The notes under the pieces were generated by a model, which was given only the letters and a program-made list of their open reading frames with translations, was not told the DNA's origin and searched no databases. The position numbers and the translations under genes were made by a program. Of a stretch of 47,021 bases of DNA, positions 25,037 to 33,795 are shown one piece after another (the stretch's first letter is position 1; every line of letters begins with the position of its first letter). Origin of the DNA: Candidatus Diapherotrites archaeon CG10_big_fil_rev_8_21_14_0_10_31_34 (GTDB lineage Archaea > Iainarchaeota > Iainarchaeia > Iainarchaeales > 1-14-0-10-31-34); contig PFAI01000028.1 of assembly GCA_002763225.1 (NCBI GenBank), positions 1 to 47,021 of the forward strand, in the 5' to 3' direction.

Positions 25037-25714
25037 TCACTTTGAAATTTTTTTCTTTATTTCTTCTGAAACTTTCATTGAAGTTGTTTGAGATAAAGCG
25101 TCAATTGTTGCTCTGATAAAATTCAGTTTGGTGTCTGTTGCGCCTCTTGTTTTACTCCAAACATCTTTTATCCCAACAAAATTAAAAACATCTTTTATGT
25201 TATTTCCTACAACTAATCCTGTTCCTTTTGGTGCAGGAAGTAAATTAATTTTAACTGCCCCGCAGCTTCCAGTTACTTTAAATGGAATTGAGTGTCCTGT
25301 TCCGCAAGTACATTCCCATGACCCGCATCCTTTTCTTACTCTTATTAAATTTAGTTTTGCTCTTCTTGTAGCTTTTCTTATTGCAGGCCATTTTTCTTTG
25401 TGTTTTCCTGTTCCAATTCCAATGAATTCATTTTTATCTCCGATAATTACTGTCGCTCTAAAAGAAAACTGTCTTCCGGCTCTTCTTACTTTAGTTGTTT
25501 TTTTAAAGTCAACCATTTTTTCTTCTAAGTCTCTGAGTAAATAATCAATTATAGCTGGTTCAATTAATGGAAGTTTTGATTCCATTGCTTCTTTCATAGT
25601 TGCTATTTCGCCGCTTTTAACTTTTTTTCCTAAAACGGTTTTTGGAATCCATTCAATTTCTTCTGGTTTCTTTTTTTCTCTTTCTCTTCTTTCTCTTTTC
25701 GGTTTTTGTGCCAT
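25037..25714 (-). CDS. rps5: 30S ribosomal protein S5
   Basis: WIPKTVLG, GCGSWECTCG, PAPKGTGLV, GIKDVWS. Confidence 0.97.
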   Translation of the reverse strand: MAQKPKRERREREKKKPEEIEWIPKTVLGKKVKSGEIATMKEAMESKLPLIEPAIIDYLLRDLEEKMVDFKKTTKVRRAGRQFSFRATVIIGDKNEFIGIGTGKHKEKWPAIRKATRRAKLNLIRVRKGCGSWECTCGTGHSIPFKVTGSCGAVKINLLPAPKGTGLVVGNNIKDVFNFVGIKDVWSKTRGATDTKLNFIRATIDALSQTTSMKVSEEIKKKISK

Positions 25715-26295
25715 TATCTCTCACCATACTTTTTCTTTATTTCATTTAATACTTCTTGAAAATGATTGCTTACCTTGGTTTTGTCCAGTCCTTTTTTTGC
25801 ATATTCTGCAAACTGTTTTTTGAATTTTTCTTCGTCAATCGAAGTTAAGTATTTTTCTATTTCTTTTCCGTTTATTTTTTCTTCTTTGGGTAAAGCTTTT
25901 TTGTCAAAAGGAATATTCAATTTTGCATCTACTGCTCCTTTTAGTGCTGCAAAAATAAGTGATCCATGAACAGGAGTGTTTCTTCCAATATCCAGTACTG
26001 CTTCTTTTGTTTCTTTTGCTTTTGAAACACAAAGGAATCCGGTTAAATATGCTGCCGGAAGGTTTTTTGTGTTTAGTTTCCATCCAAACTTTTTTAAATC
26101 ATTTGAGGTTGAATGAGCTAACACTTTATCTCCTTCTTTTTTGTATTCAATTAATTGTGCGGTTATTTTTTTGCTGCTTTTTCTTACAACAAGTCTTGGT
26201 TTGTTTCCTTTAAGTAAAGCAAGCCTTTTTTTGTAGTCTGTTTTTCCTTCTCTTCTTCTTCTGAATTTTACTTCGTATGTTGCGTTGTGGCTCAT
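25714..26295 (-). CDS. rpl18: 50S ribosomal protein L18
   Basis: RRRREGKTDY, RLVVRKS, NLPAAYLTG, LDIG. Confidence 0.97.
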   Translation of the reverse strand: MSHNATYEVKFRRRREGKTDYKKRLALLKGNKPRLVVRKSSKKITAQLIEYKKEGDKVLAHSTSNDLKKFGWKLNTKNLPAAYLTGFLCVSKAKETKEAVLDIGRNTPVHGSLIFAALKGAVDAKLNIPFDKKALPKEEKINGKEIEKYLTSIDEEKFKKQFAEYAKKGLDKTKVSNHFQEVLNEIKKKYGER

Positions 26296-26732
26296 TTTTT
26301 ATCACCTTTTACTGCTGCTTCAACATATTTTTTTCCTTTAAAGTAGTTTCCTTTAATTCTTCTGTAAATTTTTCCGTATTCTCCTTTTTCCATTTTAACT
26401 TCTTTTTTTAATTCTTTAATTTTTTTTCTTTGGGCTCTGACTGTTTTAATCCAGCTTTTTTTCTTTCTTGTTCTTGTTTTTATTGTTCCTTTTCTTTTTC
26501 CCTGCCCTCTTTTTCTTCCTTTCTTTTTCTTTTCTTTTAACTTTCTTGCTCTTCCTTTACTTTGATAAGCATCTTTTCTTTTTTTGACTATTCCATCTTT
26601 GATTAACTGCCTTACATCTTCTTTTGTCATGCTTTCAGCTATTCTTTCTCTTTCTTTTTCTGAGAAAACAATTTTGCTTTTTCCGATGTTTAGTATTTCT
26701 GCTGCCATTCTTCTTATTTTGTTTAATTGCAT
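26292..26732 (-). CDS. rpl19e: 50S ribosomal protein L19e
   Basis: RRMAAEIL, TKEDVRQLIKDG, SKGRAR, GKRKG, WIKTVRAQR. Confidence 0.97.
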   Translation of the reverse strand: MQLNKIRRMAAEILNIGKSKIVFSEKERERIAESMTKEDVRQLIKDGIVKKRKDAYQSKGRARKLKEKKKKGRKRGQGKRKGTIKTRTRKKKSWIKTVRAQRKKIKELKKEVKMEKGEYGKIYRRIKGNYFKGKKYVEAAVKGDKK

Positions 26733-26742
26733 TTTAATACAC

Positions 26743-27393
26743 CTAATTTAATATCCTTAAATTCATTTCTTTTGCAGTTTTAAGTATTTCTTTTTTTGAT
26801 TTTTTTCCGATTGTCCTTTTCAGTCTTATAACAATGTTTTTTTCTTTTATTTTTTTTAGTTCGTTTAAATTGTTTACATATACTTCTCTTAATCCTGATG
26901 GATGCAATCCTCTTATTTCTTTTGTTGTTCTATAACCCATTTTTGGTCTTGCCCCATTGTCTTTTTTCAAATAAAAGTCAATTCCTCTTGCTTTGCTCCA
27001 TTTAGCCCATTTTTTGATTGCTTTTCTTCTTAACCATGATTTTCCGAAGTTTCCTCTTATTATTGGAACTTTTTTTTGCTTTATTTTTTCCTGTAATTTT
27101 TTTTGTTCTTCTGTTTTTTTGATTTTGTTTACTGCTTTTGGTTTCTTTTTTTCTTTTGGTTGTTGAACCTGAACTTTCTTTTTTTCAGTTTTAATATCTT
27201 TTTTTGAAACTTCGTTTCCCTCTTTTTTTTCTTCTTTTGTTTTCTTTTTCTTTTCTTCAGCTTTTTTGTCTTCTTTAGGTGTTTCTTTTTTATCTTCAAT
27301 TTTGAGTAATTCAGCTTTTTCATCAATTTTTTCTTTAGTAATTTCTTTTTTTGTTGCTTCTTCTTTTTTATTGTCTTTATTTTCTTCTGCCAT
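26743..27393 (-). CDS. rpl32e: 50S ribosomal protein L32e with ~100-aa charged N-terminal extension
   Basis: WSKARGID, PKMGYR, RGLHPSG, LRILN. Confidence 0.94.
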   Translation of the reverse strand: MAEENKDNKKEEATKKEITKEKIDEKAELLKIEDKKETPKEDKKAEEKKKKTKEEKKEGNEVSKKDIKTEKKKVQVQQPKEKKKPKAVNKIKKTEEQKKLQEKIKQKKVPIIRGNFGKSWLRRKAIKKWAKWSKARGIDFYLKKDNGARPKMGYRTTKEIRGLHPSGLREVYVNNLNELKKIKEKNIVIRLKRTIGKKSKKEILKTAKEMNLRILN

Positions 27394-27929
27394 TACTCAT
27401 TCACCTTTTTTTCTGTTAAGTATATTCCGTCCTGGAAAACTCTTGGGTCTCTGTTTTTGATTTTTGTTGCTTTTTCCAGGTTTGCAGCTGTTTGGCCTAT
27501 TTCTTCTTTGTTTATTCCTGTTAAAGTGATTTCTTTTCCTTTTATTTCAACTTTTGTTTGACCGATTATTTTTGATTTTCTTGGTTTTTTTTCTCCAACA
27601 AAATTATTTATTTCCACAGTGTTTCCTTTTACTGTGACATTTATTGGAAAATGTGAAAATACAACACGCATTTTGTAAGTATATCCTTTGTTTGTTCCTT
27701 CAACCATATTTTTTATGTGTGCTTCAACTGTGTTAATTGTTACTTTGGCTCTTTTTGATCCTGCATGAGAAGAAACTGTTATTTTGTTTTCTTTTAATTC
27801 AATTTTCACTTTTGTGTGAGTTAAATCTCTTTCAATAACCCCTAATTTTCCAGTAATCTTTACGTTTGCTCCTGTAACTTCTGCTTTTGTTCCTTCTGGA
27901 ATTTCAATTGTTTTTGGTTGTGCTTTCAT
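27393..27929 (-). CDS. rpl6: 50S ribosomal protein L6
   Basis: IPEG, HIKNMVEG, SHFPI, NFVGEK, GQTAANLE, DPRVFQDGIY. Confidence 0.97.
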   Translation of the reverse strand: MKAQPKTIEIPEGTKAEVTGANVKITGKLGVIERDLTHTKVKIELKENKITVSSHAGSKRAKVTINTVEAHIKNMVEGTNKGYTYKMRVVFSHFPINVTVKGNTVEINNFVGEKKPRKSKIIGQTKVEIKGKEITLTGINKEEIGQTAANLEKATKIKNRDPRVFQDGIYLTEKKVNE

Positions 27930-27939
27930 TTTTATCACT

Positions 27940-27966
27940 TAAACTTTTCAGAAAAATTTAATCAAA
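27940..27966. repeat. AT palindrome copy in the opposite orientation (rps8-rpl6 spacer)
   Basis: Reverse complement reads TTTGAT-TAAATTTTT-CTG-AAAAGTTTA. Confidence 0.7.
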
Positions 27967-27969
27967 TCC

Positions 27970-28362
27970 TTAATATACAAAGGCGATTAATCTTCCTCCA
28001 ACATCTTTGCTTTTTGCTTCTTTGTGGGTCATTACCCCTTTTGAAGTTGAAACTATTAATATCCCGATTTCTTTTGAAGGTAAAAATCTTTTTTCGTATT
28101 TTTCAAATTCGTGTTTCTTTACAGCATATCTTGGTTTTATTGCTTTGCATTCATTGATTTTTCCTTTTAATTCTACTTTAAACATTCCGTCTCTTCCGTC
28201 ATCAATTAATTCATATTTTTCGATAAATCCTTTTTTCATCAAAATTTTGAGTATTTCAGTGATTAATTTTGATGCAGGCTTAAATGTGCATTCTTTTTTT
28301 GATGCCATTTCATAATTTTTCAAGTTTATTAATGCATCTGCTACTGGATCTGTTAAACTCAT
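27970..28362 (-). CDS. rps8: 30S ribosomal protein S8
   Basis: DPVADAL, KPASKL, DDGRDG, IKPR, STSKGVMTH. Confidence 0.97.
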   Translation of the reverse strand: MSLTDPVADALINLKNYEMASKKECTFKPASKLITEILKILMKKGFIEKYELIDDGRDGMFKVELKGKINECKAIKPRYAVKKHEFEKYEKRFLPSKEIGILIVSTSKGVMTHKEAKSKDVGGRLIAFVY

Positions 28363-28376
28363 GTTTTTATTCACCT

Positions 28377-28511
28377 TTAATTATATTTATTAAATCCTAT
28401 TTTTGTTGCTCTTTCTTTGAAGCATCTTCTGCAAATTTGCATTCCGTATTTTCTGATTACTCCTCTCCTGCTTTTGCATACTGTGCAGTTCACTTCTTTT
28501 TTGTTAATCAT
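28377..28511 (-). CDS. rps14: 30S ribosomal protein S14 (zinc type; absent from the ORF track)
   Basis: Manual translation [44 protein letters not shown]. Confidence 0.95.
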   Translation of the reverse strand: MINKKEVNCTVCKSRRGVIRKYGMQICRRCFKERATKIGFNKYN

Positions 28512-29017
28512 TTTATTTCAACTCCAAATTCTTTTTTCACAAAGTTTATTGCTTCGTCTTTTGTTACTCTGTGTTTTATTGGAACTTTTTTTGAATTGTT
28601 TTTTCTTCTTTTAATTCTATAACCTTTTTTTTCCAAGCTCACTAAAACATTAAATCCTTTTATTCCAAGTGCTGGGTCATATTTTACTCCCGGCAAGTCA
28701 ATGTATTCTTTTATTCCAAATCCGAAGTTTCCTGTTTTGTCAAAGTTCTTGTTTAATAAAATATTTTCTTTTGCTTTAAATGCAGTTTTTAAGAATTCTT
28801 TTGCTTTTTCTTTTCTTAGTGTTACTTTTACTCCGATTGGCAGCCCTGGTCTAATCCCCCATGTCGGTTGTTTTACTTTGCTTTTTGTTTGGACTGCTTT
28901 GCTTCCAGTTATTTTTTCCAGTATCTTTTGTCCTTTTTTTAGTTCGTCTCCGGCTTCTCCGACACCCATGTTTAATACAACTTTTTCTATTTTGACTTCT
29001 TTCATTGGGTTTTCCAT
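28508..29017 (-). CDS. rpl5: 50S ribosomal protein L5
   Basis: [42 protein letters not shown]. Confidence 0.98.
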   Translation of the reverse strand: MENPMKEVKIEKVVLNMGVGEAGDELKKGQKILEKITGSKAVQTKSKVKQPTWGIRPGLPIGVKVTLRKEKAKEFLKTAFKAKENILLNKNFDKTGNFGFGIKEYIDLPGVKYDPALGIKGFNVLVSLEKKGYRIKRRKNNSKKVPIKHRVTKDEAINFVKKEFGVEIK

Positions 29018-29026
29018 TTTTTACAC

Positions 29027-29740
29027 CTATAATTCTATTTCTGATTTTTTTTCTCCGATAACAAATACATTTGTTTCAGTGGTTTTGAATTCTTTTTCTT
29101 TTGTTTTTAGTTTAACTGTTTTAACTCTGTTTATTGTTCCCTGAAGTATTTCTTCTATTTGTGCTTGTGTTCCTGTGTGGCTTCCCCCTGTAATATAAAC
29201 AAAATTTCCTTTTTTTTCTGGAATTTTTTCCAGTATTTTTTGGTCTGGCAAAGAAATTTTAATTGAGTCTCCTATTTTTAGTTCTGTTTCTTTTTCAATA
29301 AAAGTTCTTCCATCATTTGTATTTAATTGAATCTCTTTTTTTCCATTGACTTTTTTCCCGGTTATTTTGCATAATTTTACCGGCTTTTTTTCTTCTGTAT
29401 TTATTGTTTTAAGCCTTCCTTTCGAATCTAATACTATTCGATAATTTTCTTTTATGTCTTCGATTGAAATCAAATCAAATAAACCTATTGGAAATTTTAA
29501 TTCTTTTCTTATTTTTCCGTCTACTTTTACTTTTCCTGCGTTTAATATTTTTTTTACTTCTTTTTTGTTGGTTGCAATCTTTAAAATATCTCTGATTAAA
29601 AATCCTAATGGGATTGACTGAGTAAAATTATGAGGGCCTGACTTTAATTTTATTGTAAAAGTGTTTTCTTTTCTGTCCATTTTTCTTACTTTGTTTGTTG
29701 ACAGTCTTTTCTGCTTTTTTTTGCTTCCTTTTTTTGCCAT
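29027..29740 (-). CDS. rps4e: 30S ribosomal protein S4e
   Basis: GPH...IPL, VKVDGKIR, FPIGLFD, KLCKI, GGSHTG. Confidence 0.96.
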   Translation of the reverse strand: MAKKGSKKKQKRLSTNKVRKMDRKENTFTIKLKSGPHNFTQSIPLGFLIRDILKIATNKKEVKKILNAGKVKVDGKIRKELKFPIGLFDLISIEDIKENYRIVLDSKGRLKTINTEEKKPVKLCKITGKKVNGKKEIQLNTNDGRTFIEKETELKIGDSIKISLPDQKILEKIPEKKGNFVYITGGSHTGTQAQIEEILQGTINRVKTVKLKTKEKEFKTTETNVFVIGEKKSEIEL

Positions 29741-30235
29741 TTACTTTCCCTCTTTTATAGTTTCTTCTTCTGTTTTTTTTTCAACAGGTTTTTCTTCAAC
29801 TTTCTTTGTTTCTTTTTGAACTTCTTCTTTGTTTATTTCTTTTTTCTTTCCAGTAACTTTTGCTTCTTCTTTTTTTGATGTTGGTTTTTTTGCCCTTTTT
29901 AATCTTTTATCATCTTTTGTTTCTAATTCAATTAACATTAAATTGCTTGCCTTAAACGGAATTAATTTTTCTGTTCCGTCTGCTTTTTTTCTTGTCATTT
30001 TGTCAATAAACACTTTTGCTTTTTTGTGGTGTACTTTTACTATTCTTCCTTCTTTTTTCTTGTGGCTTCCTCTCATAATTTTTACTTTATCATCTTTTCT
30101 TACCATTAAACTTCTTTTTCCTGTTTCTTTTCTTAACTCTTTACTTAAGTTTGCAGTTAAAACAATTTTTCTTTCATGAAGTTTTCCTTTGTATAATCTT
30201 TTTCTTTGTTTTGATGGTTTTTTTGTTTTATTCAT
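29741..30235 (-). CDS. rpl24: 50S ribosomal protein L24 (with charged tail)
   Basis: PSKQRK, LSKELR, VRKDDKVKIMRG, ASNL. Confidence 0.96.
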   Translation of the reverse strand: MNKTKKPSKQRKRLYKGKLHERKIVLTANLSKELRKETGKRSLMVRKDDKVKIMRGSHKKKEGRIVKVHHKKAKVFIDKMTRKKADGTEKLIPFKASNLMLIELETKDDKRLKRAKKPTSKKEEAKVTGKKKEINKEEVQKETKKVEEKPVEKKTEEETIKEGK

Positions 30236-30244
30236 GTTTACACC

Positions 30245-30643
30245 TTAAACTATTCCTTGTGCTATTCCTGCCACTTTAGGCCATCTTTCTCCGACTTCTT
30301 TTGCTACTACTCCTTTGATTTCTGATGCTTTTGGTAATCCTTTATCATCAACTAATACTACTGCATTGTCTTCAAATTTTATTCTTGTTCCGTCTCTTCT
30401 TCTGTATTCTTTTTTTACTCTGATTACTACTGCTCTTTCAACTTTTTTCCTTATTTCTGGTTTTCCTTTTTTTACCACTACATTAACCATGTCTGCTATT
30501 CCAGCTTTTTGTGCCATTTTTTTTCTTGATTTAAAATGAAATACAGTAATTATTTCAACTATTTTTGCTCCACTGTTGTCTGCACAAATACATCTTGTTT
30601 TTTGTGTTAATCCTTTTGTGGCGTTTGCATTAATCGCTTTCAT
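30245..30643 (-). CDS. rpl14: 50S ribosomal protein L14
   Basis: CADNSGAK, KKGKP, RRDG...FEDNAVV. Confidence 0.98.
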   Translation of the reverse strand: MKAINANATKGLTQKTRCICADNSGAKIVEIITVFHFKSRKKMAQKAGIADMVNVVVKKGKPEIRKKVERAVVIRVKKEYRRRDGTRIKFEDNAVVLVDDKGLPKASEIKGVVAKEVGERWPKVAGIAQGIV

Positions 30644-30929
30644 TTGATTCTACCTCTAATACAACAAAACTTTTTGTTTTGCTTATTCTTCTTGTTTCCC
30701 CTATTTTAACTTTATTGCCTTCTTGTGCGTTAATGCATTTAGGGTTATGTGCTGTAATCTTTGATCTTATTTTTTTGTATCTTTCATATTTTGGTATTTT
30801 TTTTGTCAGTATTCTTTCAATGGTTATTGTTTTGTTTCCTTTATCGCTGATTACTTTTCCTGTGAAAACATTTCCTCTTACTTTTATGTTCCCGTGTTTT
30901 GGGCAGTTTTTATCTTTGCATTCAGTCAT
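30630..30929 (-). CDS. rps17: 30S ribosomal protein S17
   Basis: CKDKNCPKHG, KYERY, AHNP, ETRRISKTKSF. Confidence 0.97.
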   Translation of the reverse strand: MTECKDKNCPKHGNIKVRGNVFTGKVISDKGNKTITIERILTKKIPKYERYKKIRSKITAHNPKCINAQEGNKVKIGETRRISKTKSFVVLEVESNESD

Positions 30930-31221
30930 TTTTTTTCCTCCAAAACATCTTGATTCTGTCTTCTGGTTTCATCAAAATTTTTTCTCCGTTTATTTTTGTT
31001 TTTTTCCCTTTTAATTCAAATTCTATTTCTGCTTCTTTTTTTGGAATCTTTTTTTCTCCTTTTTTTGTTTCTATTATCAGCAAATTTTTTGTTTCTTTTA
31101 TTATTTTCCCTGAAATTTTTTTTGTTTTATCATTGCTTTTTGTTATTTTCACTTTTAATCCATTTATTTCATGCATTGCAACATTTTCTTGTGTAATTGC
31201 ATATTTTTTTTCAAACATCAA
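30922..31221 (-). CDS. rnp1: Ribonuclease P protein component 1 (Rpp29)
   Basis: HEINGLKV, GKIIKETKN, IPK, PEDR; canonical position. Confidence 0.93.
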   Translation of the reverse strand: MMFEKKYAITQENVAMHEINGLKVKITKSNDKTKKISGKIIKETKNLLIIETKKGEKKIPKKEAEIEFELKGKKTKINGEKILMKPEDRIKMFWRKKND

Positions 31222-31513
31222 TTAATTCCTCTTTATACCCTTGTTCCAGTAATGCTTTTTTGATGTGTTTTTTATGGTCTCCTTGAAGTTCTATTGTATT
31301 TTCTTTTACTGTTCCTCCGCACGCAAACTTTTTTTTCAGGATTTTTTCAAGGTTTTTTGCTGCTTCATGGCTTTCTAATCCCTGCATTATTGTTATCCAT
31401 TTCCTGAATTTAATTTTTTTTACAAATATTTTGATTTTTTGGCTTTCTTTTGCGATTTCCTGGCAAACGCAGAGGTTTTTAGGAAGCCCACATGTTTGAC
31501 ATACTTCATTCAT
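31211..31513 (-). CDS. Translation initiation factor SUI1 / aIF1
   Basis: CGLPKNLCVCQEIAKE, KKKFACGGTVK, IELQGDH. Confidence 0.96.
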   Translation of the reverse strand: MNEVCQTCGLPKNLCVCQEIAKESQKIKIFVKKIKFRKWITIMQGLESHEAAKNLEKILKKKFACGGTVKENTIELQGDHKKHIKKALLEQGYKEELIDV

Positions 31514-32022
31514 TTTTTTTCATTTCCTCCTTTTTTTCCCTTTTTCTTTTTTGATAAAACTTTTCTCAAAATTTTCTTTTGCTTTTTTTTGCTGATTGTT
31601 CTTCCTTTTTTCTTTATGCTTTTCTTTTTGGCTTTATTTTTTTTCTTTCTTGTTCTTTTTTTTGTTTTCTTCTTTTTTGATGAAACTTTTTTCAAAAGTT
31701 TCTTTTTAATTGAAATTTTGTCTTTTTTTTCGTCTTTTGTTTTTTGTTCAACCTTTCGTTTTGATAAATCTTTTTCTAAAAGATTTAAAGGTTGTTTTGT
31801 TTCTTCTGGTTTTTCCTTGCCTGCAAGTTTCTTTTCGTTTATTATTGTTAAAGTTCTTGCAATATCTCTTCTGATTTTTTTTATTTTTCCTGGATTTTCT
31901 GCTCTTGTTCCTGAACTGATTTGTGCTTTTTCTTTTGCTAAATCCCCTTTCATTGAAATAACTTTATCTTCCAGTTCTGTTATTGGGAGTTCTCTTATTT
32001 CTTGAATTTTTTTCTTTGTCAT
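31510..32022 (-). CDS. rpl29: 50S ribosomal protein L29 with ~105-aa very basic C-terminal tail
   Basis: EIREL...ENPGKIKKIRRDIARTLT core followed by a Lys-rich tail. Confidence 0.93.
   Translation of the reverse strand: MTKKKIQEIRELPITELEDKVISMKGDLAKEKAQISSGTRAENPGKIKKIRRDIARTLTIINEKKLAGKEKPEETKQPLNLLEKDLSKRKVEQKTKDEKKDKISIKKKLLKKVSSKKKKTKKRTRKKKNKAKKKSIKKKGRTISKKKQKKILRKVLSKKKKGKKGGNEKK
31549..31787. repeat. Three AT palindrome copies in the L29 tail (31549-31575, 31675-31702, 31759-31787)
   Basis: Encode KILRKVLSK, KLLKKVSSK and NLLEKDLSK; the last is a perfect TAAATCTTTT/AAAAGATTTA stem. Confidence 0.8.
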
Positions 32023-32029
32023 TTAATCA

Positions 32030-32908
32030 TCACTTTTCTTTCTTTTCTTTTGATACAACTTTTTCTAAAAGTTGTTTTTCGTCTTTTTTTGTTTCTTTGC
32101 TTTTTTCTTCATCTTTTTTTTCTTTTTTGTATTCTTTTGCTTCTTCTTTTCCTTCGTCTTTCTTTTTGTGTCCTTTTTTTTCTTTTTTATCGTCTTTATC
32201 TTTTTTCTTGTGTTCTTTTTTGTTTTCTTCTTTTTCTTCGGTTTTCTCTTTTTTCTCTTCTATTCTGGTTTCTTTTTTAGTTTCTTCTTTTGGTTTTTCT
32301 TTTCTGCTTTCAATTAATTCTTTAATATCAATTTTGTCTGGGAAAACTGTGCCTGGTTTAACTATTCTTATTTTTACTCCTATTGTCCCAAATTTTGCTT
32401 TTGCAGGTGCAGCCCCGTAATCAACCATTTTTGCTTGTTCTCCGATTTTTTTCATATATCCTTCTGCTACTCTTTGTTTTCTTTTTCTTACTCCTTTTCC
32501 GCCTAGTGCTCCTGACAAAACTATTTCTACTCCTTGTGCTCCTGCTCCGGTAATATCTTTTACTGTTCTATACACTACACTTCTCCAGCTAAAACCTCTT
32601 CCAATTAAACTTGAGATTTTGTCTGCCATTGCCTGTGCATCTAATTCAGGGACAGTAATTTCTTTTATTTCTATTTGAGGGTTTTCTATCCCGAATTTTT
32701 CTTCTAATATTTTTGTCAGTTTTTTGATGTTTGTTCCGCCTTTTCCTATTGCTAGTCCTGGTCTAGTTACATTTAATACAATTCTTGTTACCAGAGGGGT
32801 TTTGACTGTTTCAAGTTTGGTAAAACCTGCTTTATCTAATTCTTTTTTTAAGTAATTTTCCATTTCAATTTTTTTTATTCCTTGTTTGATGAATATTCTT
32901 TCAATCAT
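32030..32908 (-). CDS. rps3: 30S ribosomal protein S3 with charged C-terminal extension
   Basis: RPGLAIGKGG, PELDAQ, AGAQGVEI, GYMKK, GTIGVKI. Confidence 0.97.
   Translation of the reverse strand: MIERIFIKQGIKKIEMENYLKKELDKAGFTKLETVKTPLVTRIVLNVTRPGLAIGKGGTNIKKLTKILEEKFGIENPQIEIKEITVPELDAQAMADKISSLIGRGFSWRSVVYRTVKDITGAGAQGVEIVLSGALGGKGVRKRKQRVAEGYMKKIGEQAKMVDYGAAPAKAKFGTIGVKIRIVKPGTVFPDKIDIKELIESRKEKPKEETKKETRIEEKKEKTEEKEENKKEHKKKDKDDKKEKKGHKKKDEGKEEAKEYKKEKKDEEKSKETKKDEKQLLEKVVSKEKKEK
32048..32075. repeat. AT palindrome copy in the rps3 3' end
   Basis: TTTTGAT-ACAACTTTT-TCT-AAAAGTTGT; encodes QLLEKVVSK. Confidence 0.8.
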
Positions 32909-33382
32909 TTATTTTCCCTCTTGAAGTATTATTTCAATGTGAGCTGATTTTCTTGTTCTTCTTTTTCCTGAAATTTTTCCTTTTGGCTGATGTGTTGCTC
33001 TTCCATAACCCATTGAAGTAAAACCATGTTTTACAAACAAGTTGTCTGTGTCTAATCCTTTGTAATCTGCGTTTGCTTTTGCGCTTTCAATTACTCCTAA
33101 AAAAGCTTTTGCTACTTTGAGTGGATATCTCCCTGATTTTACTTTATCTTGGGCGTTTCCTTTTCTGTGTGCTACTTTTTTATTGTATCTTCTTAATGGA
33201 AGGAATTCTTTTTTTTCAATCATGTTTTGCAGAAATTCTTCAACTCTTTTAACTTTTTTTCCTTTTATTCTGTTAATCATTTCTGTTGAATATTTTAGTG
33301 AAACATTTGCGTTTTTTTTAATAGCTTTAGCTGTAATTTTGTCGTTGATTTTTTCCTGCAAATTATATTCTTTTTTAACCAT
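32909..33382 (-). CDS. rpl22: 50S ribosomal protein L22
   Basis: VSLK, VAHRKG, GRYPLKVA, ANADYKGLD, HIEI. Confidence 0.97.
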   Translation of the reverse strand: MVKKEYNLQEKINDKITAKAIKKNANVSLKYSTEMINRIKGKKVKRVEEFLQNMIEKKEFLPLRRYNKKVAHRKGNAQDKVKSGRYPLKVAKAFLGVIESAKANADYKGLDTDNLFVKHGFTSMGYGRATHQPKGKISGKRRTRKSAHIEIILQEGK

Positions 33383-33386
33383 TTTA

Positions 33387-33788
33387 TCACTTTCTTGCAG
33401 TTATTGCAGTACTTGATTTTGTTGCTCCAATTCCTGCTTTTCCATGCAATAATCTTTTTCTTGTTAAAACCATTTCACCTAAATAATGGCCTAACATTTC
33501 TTGCATTATTTCTCTTATTTCAAATTCTTTTCCATTGTATATTGCAAAACTTAATCCAACCATTTTTGGAATTACTATTGCATCTCTGTCGTGGGTTCTG
33601 ATTGGTTTTGGTTCTTTTCCGCTTGACTTAACTTTTAGTGCTTTTTCTATTTGATAATCTAGTTTTTTGTTTTGGTTTCTTTTAAGGCTTCTTCTTGTTC
33701 TTGAAGTAACCAGTTTTGAGAATTCATCTAAATTCATTTTTTCCAGTTCTTCTAATGTTTTTCCTTTAAATGTAAATATTTTTGCCAT
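33387..33788 (-). CDS. rps19: 30S ribosomal protein S19
   Basis: IRTHDRD...IPKMVG...YNGK...MLGHYLGE, GIGATKSS. Confidence 0.97.
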   Translation of the reverse strand: MAKIFTFKGKTLEELEKMNLDEFSKLVTSRTRRSLKRNQNKKLDYQIEKALKVKSSGKEPKPIRTHDRDAIVIPKMVGLSFAIYNGKEFEIREIMQEMLGHYLGEMVLTRKRLLHGKAGIGATKSSTAITARK

Positions 33789-33795
33789 TAATTAT

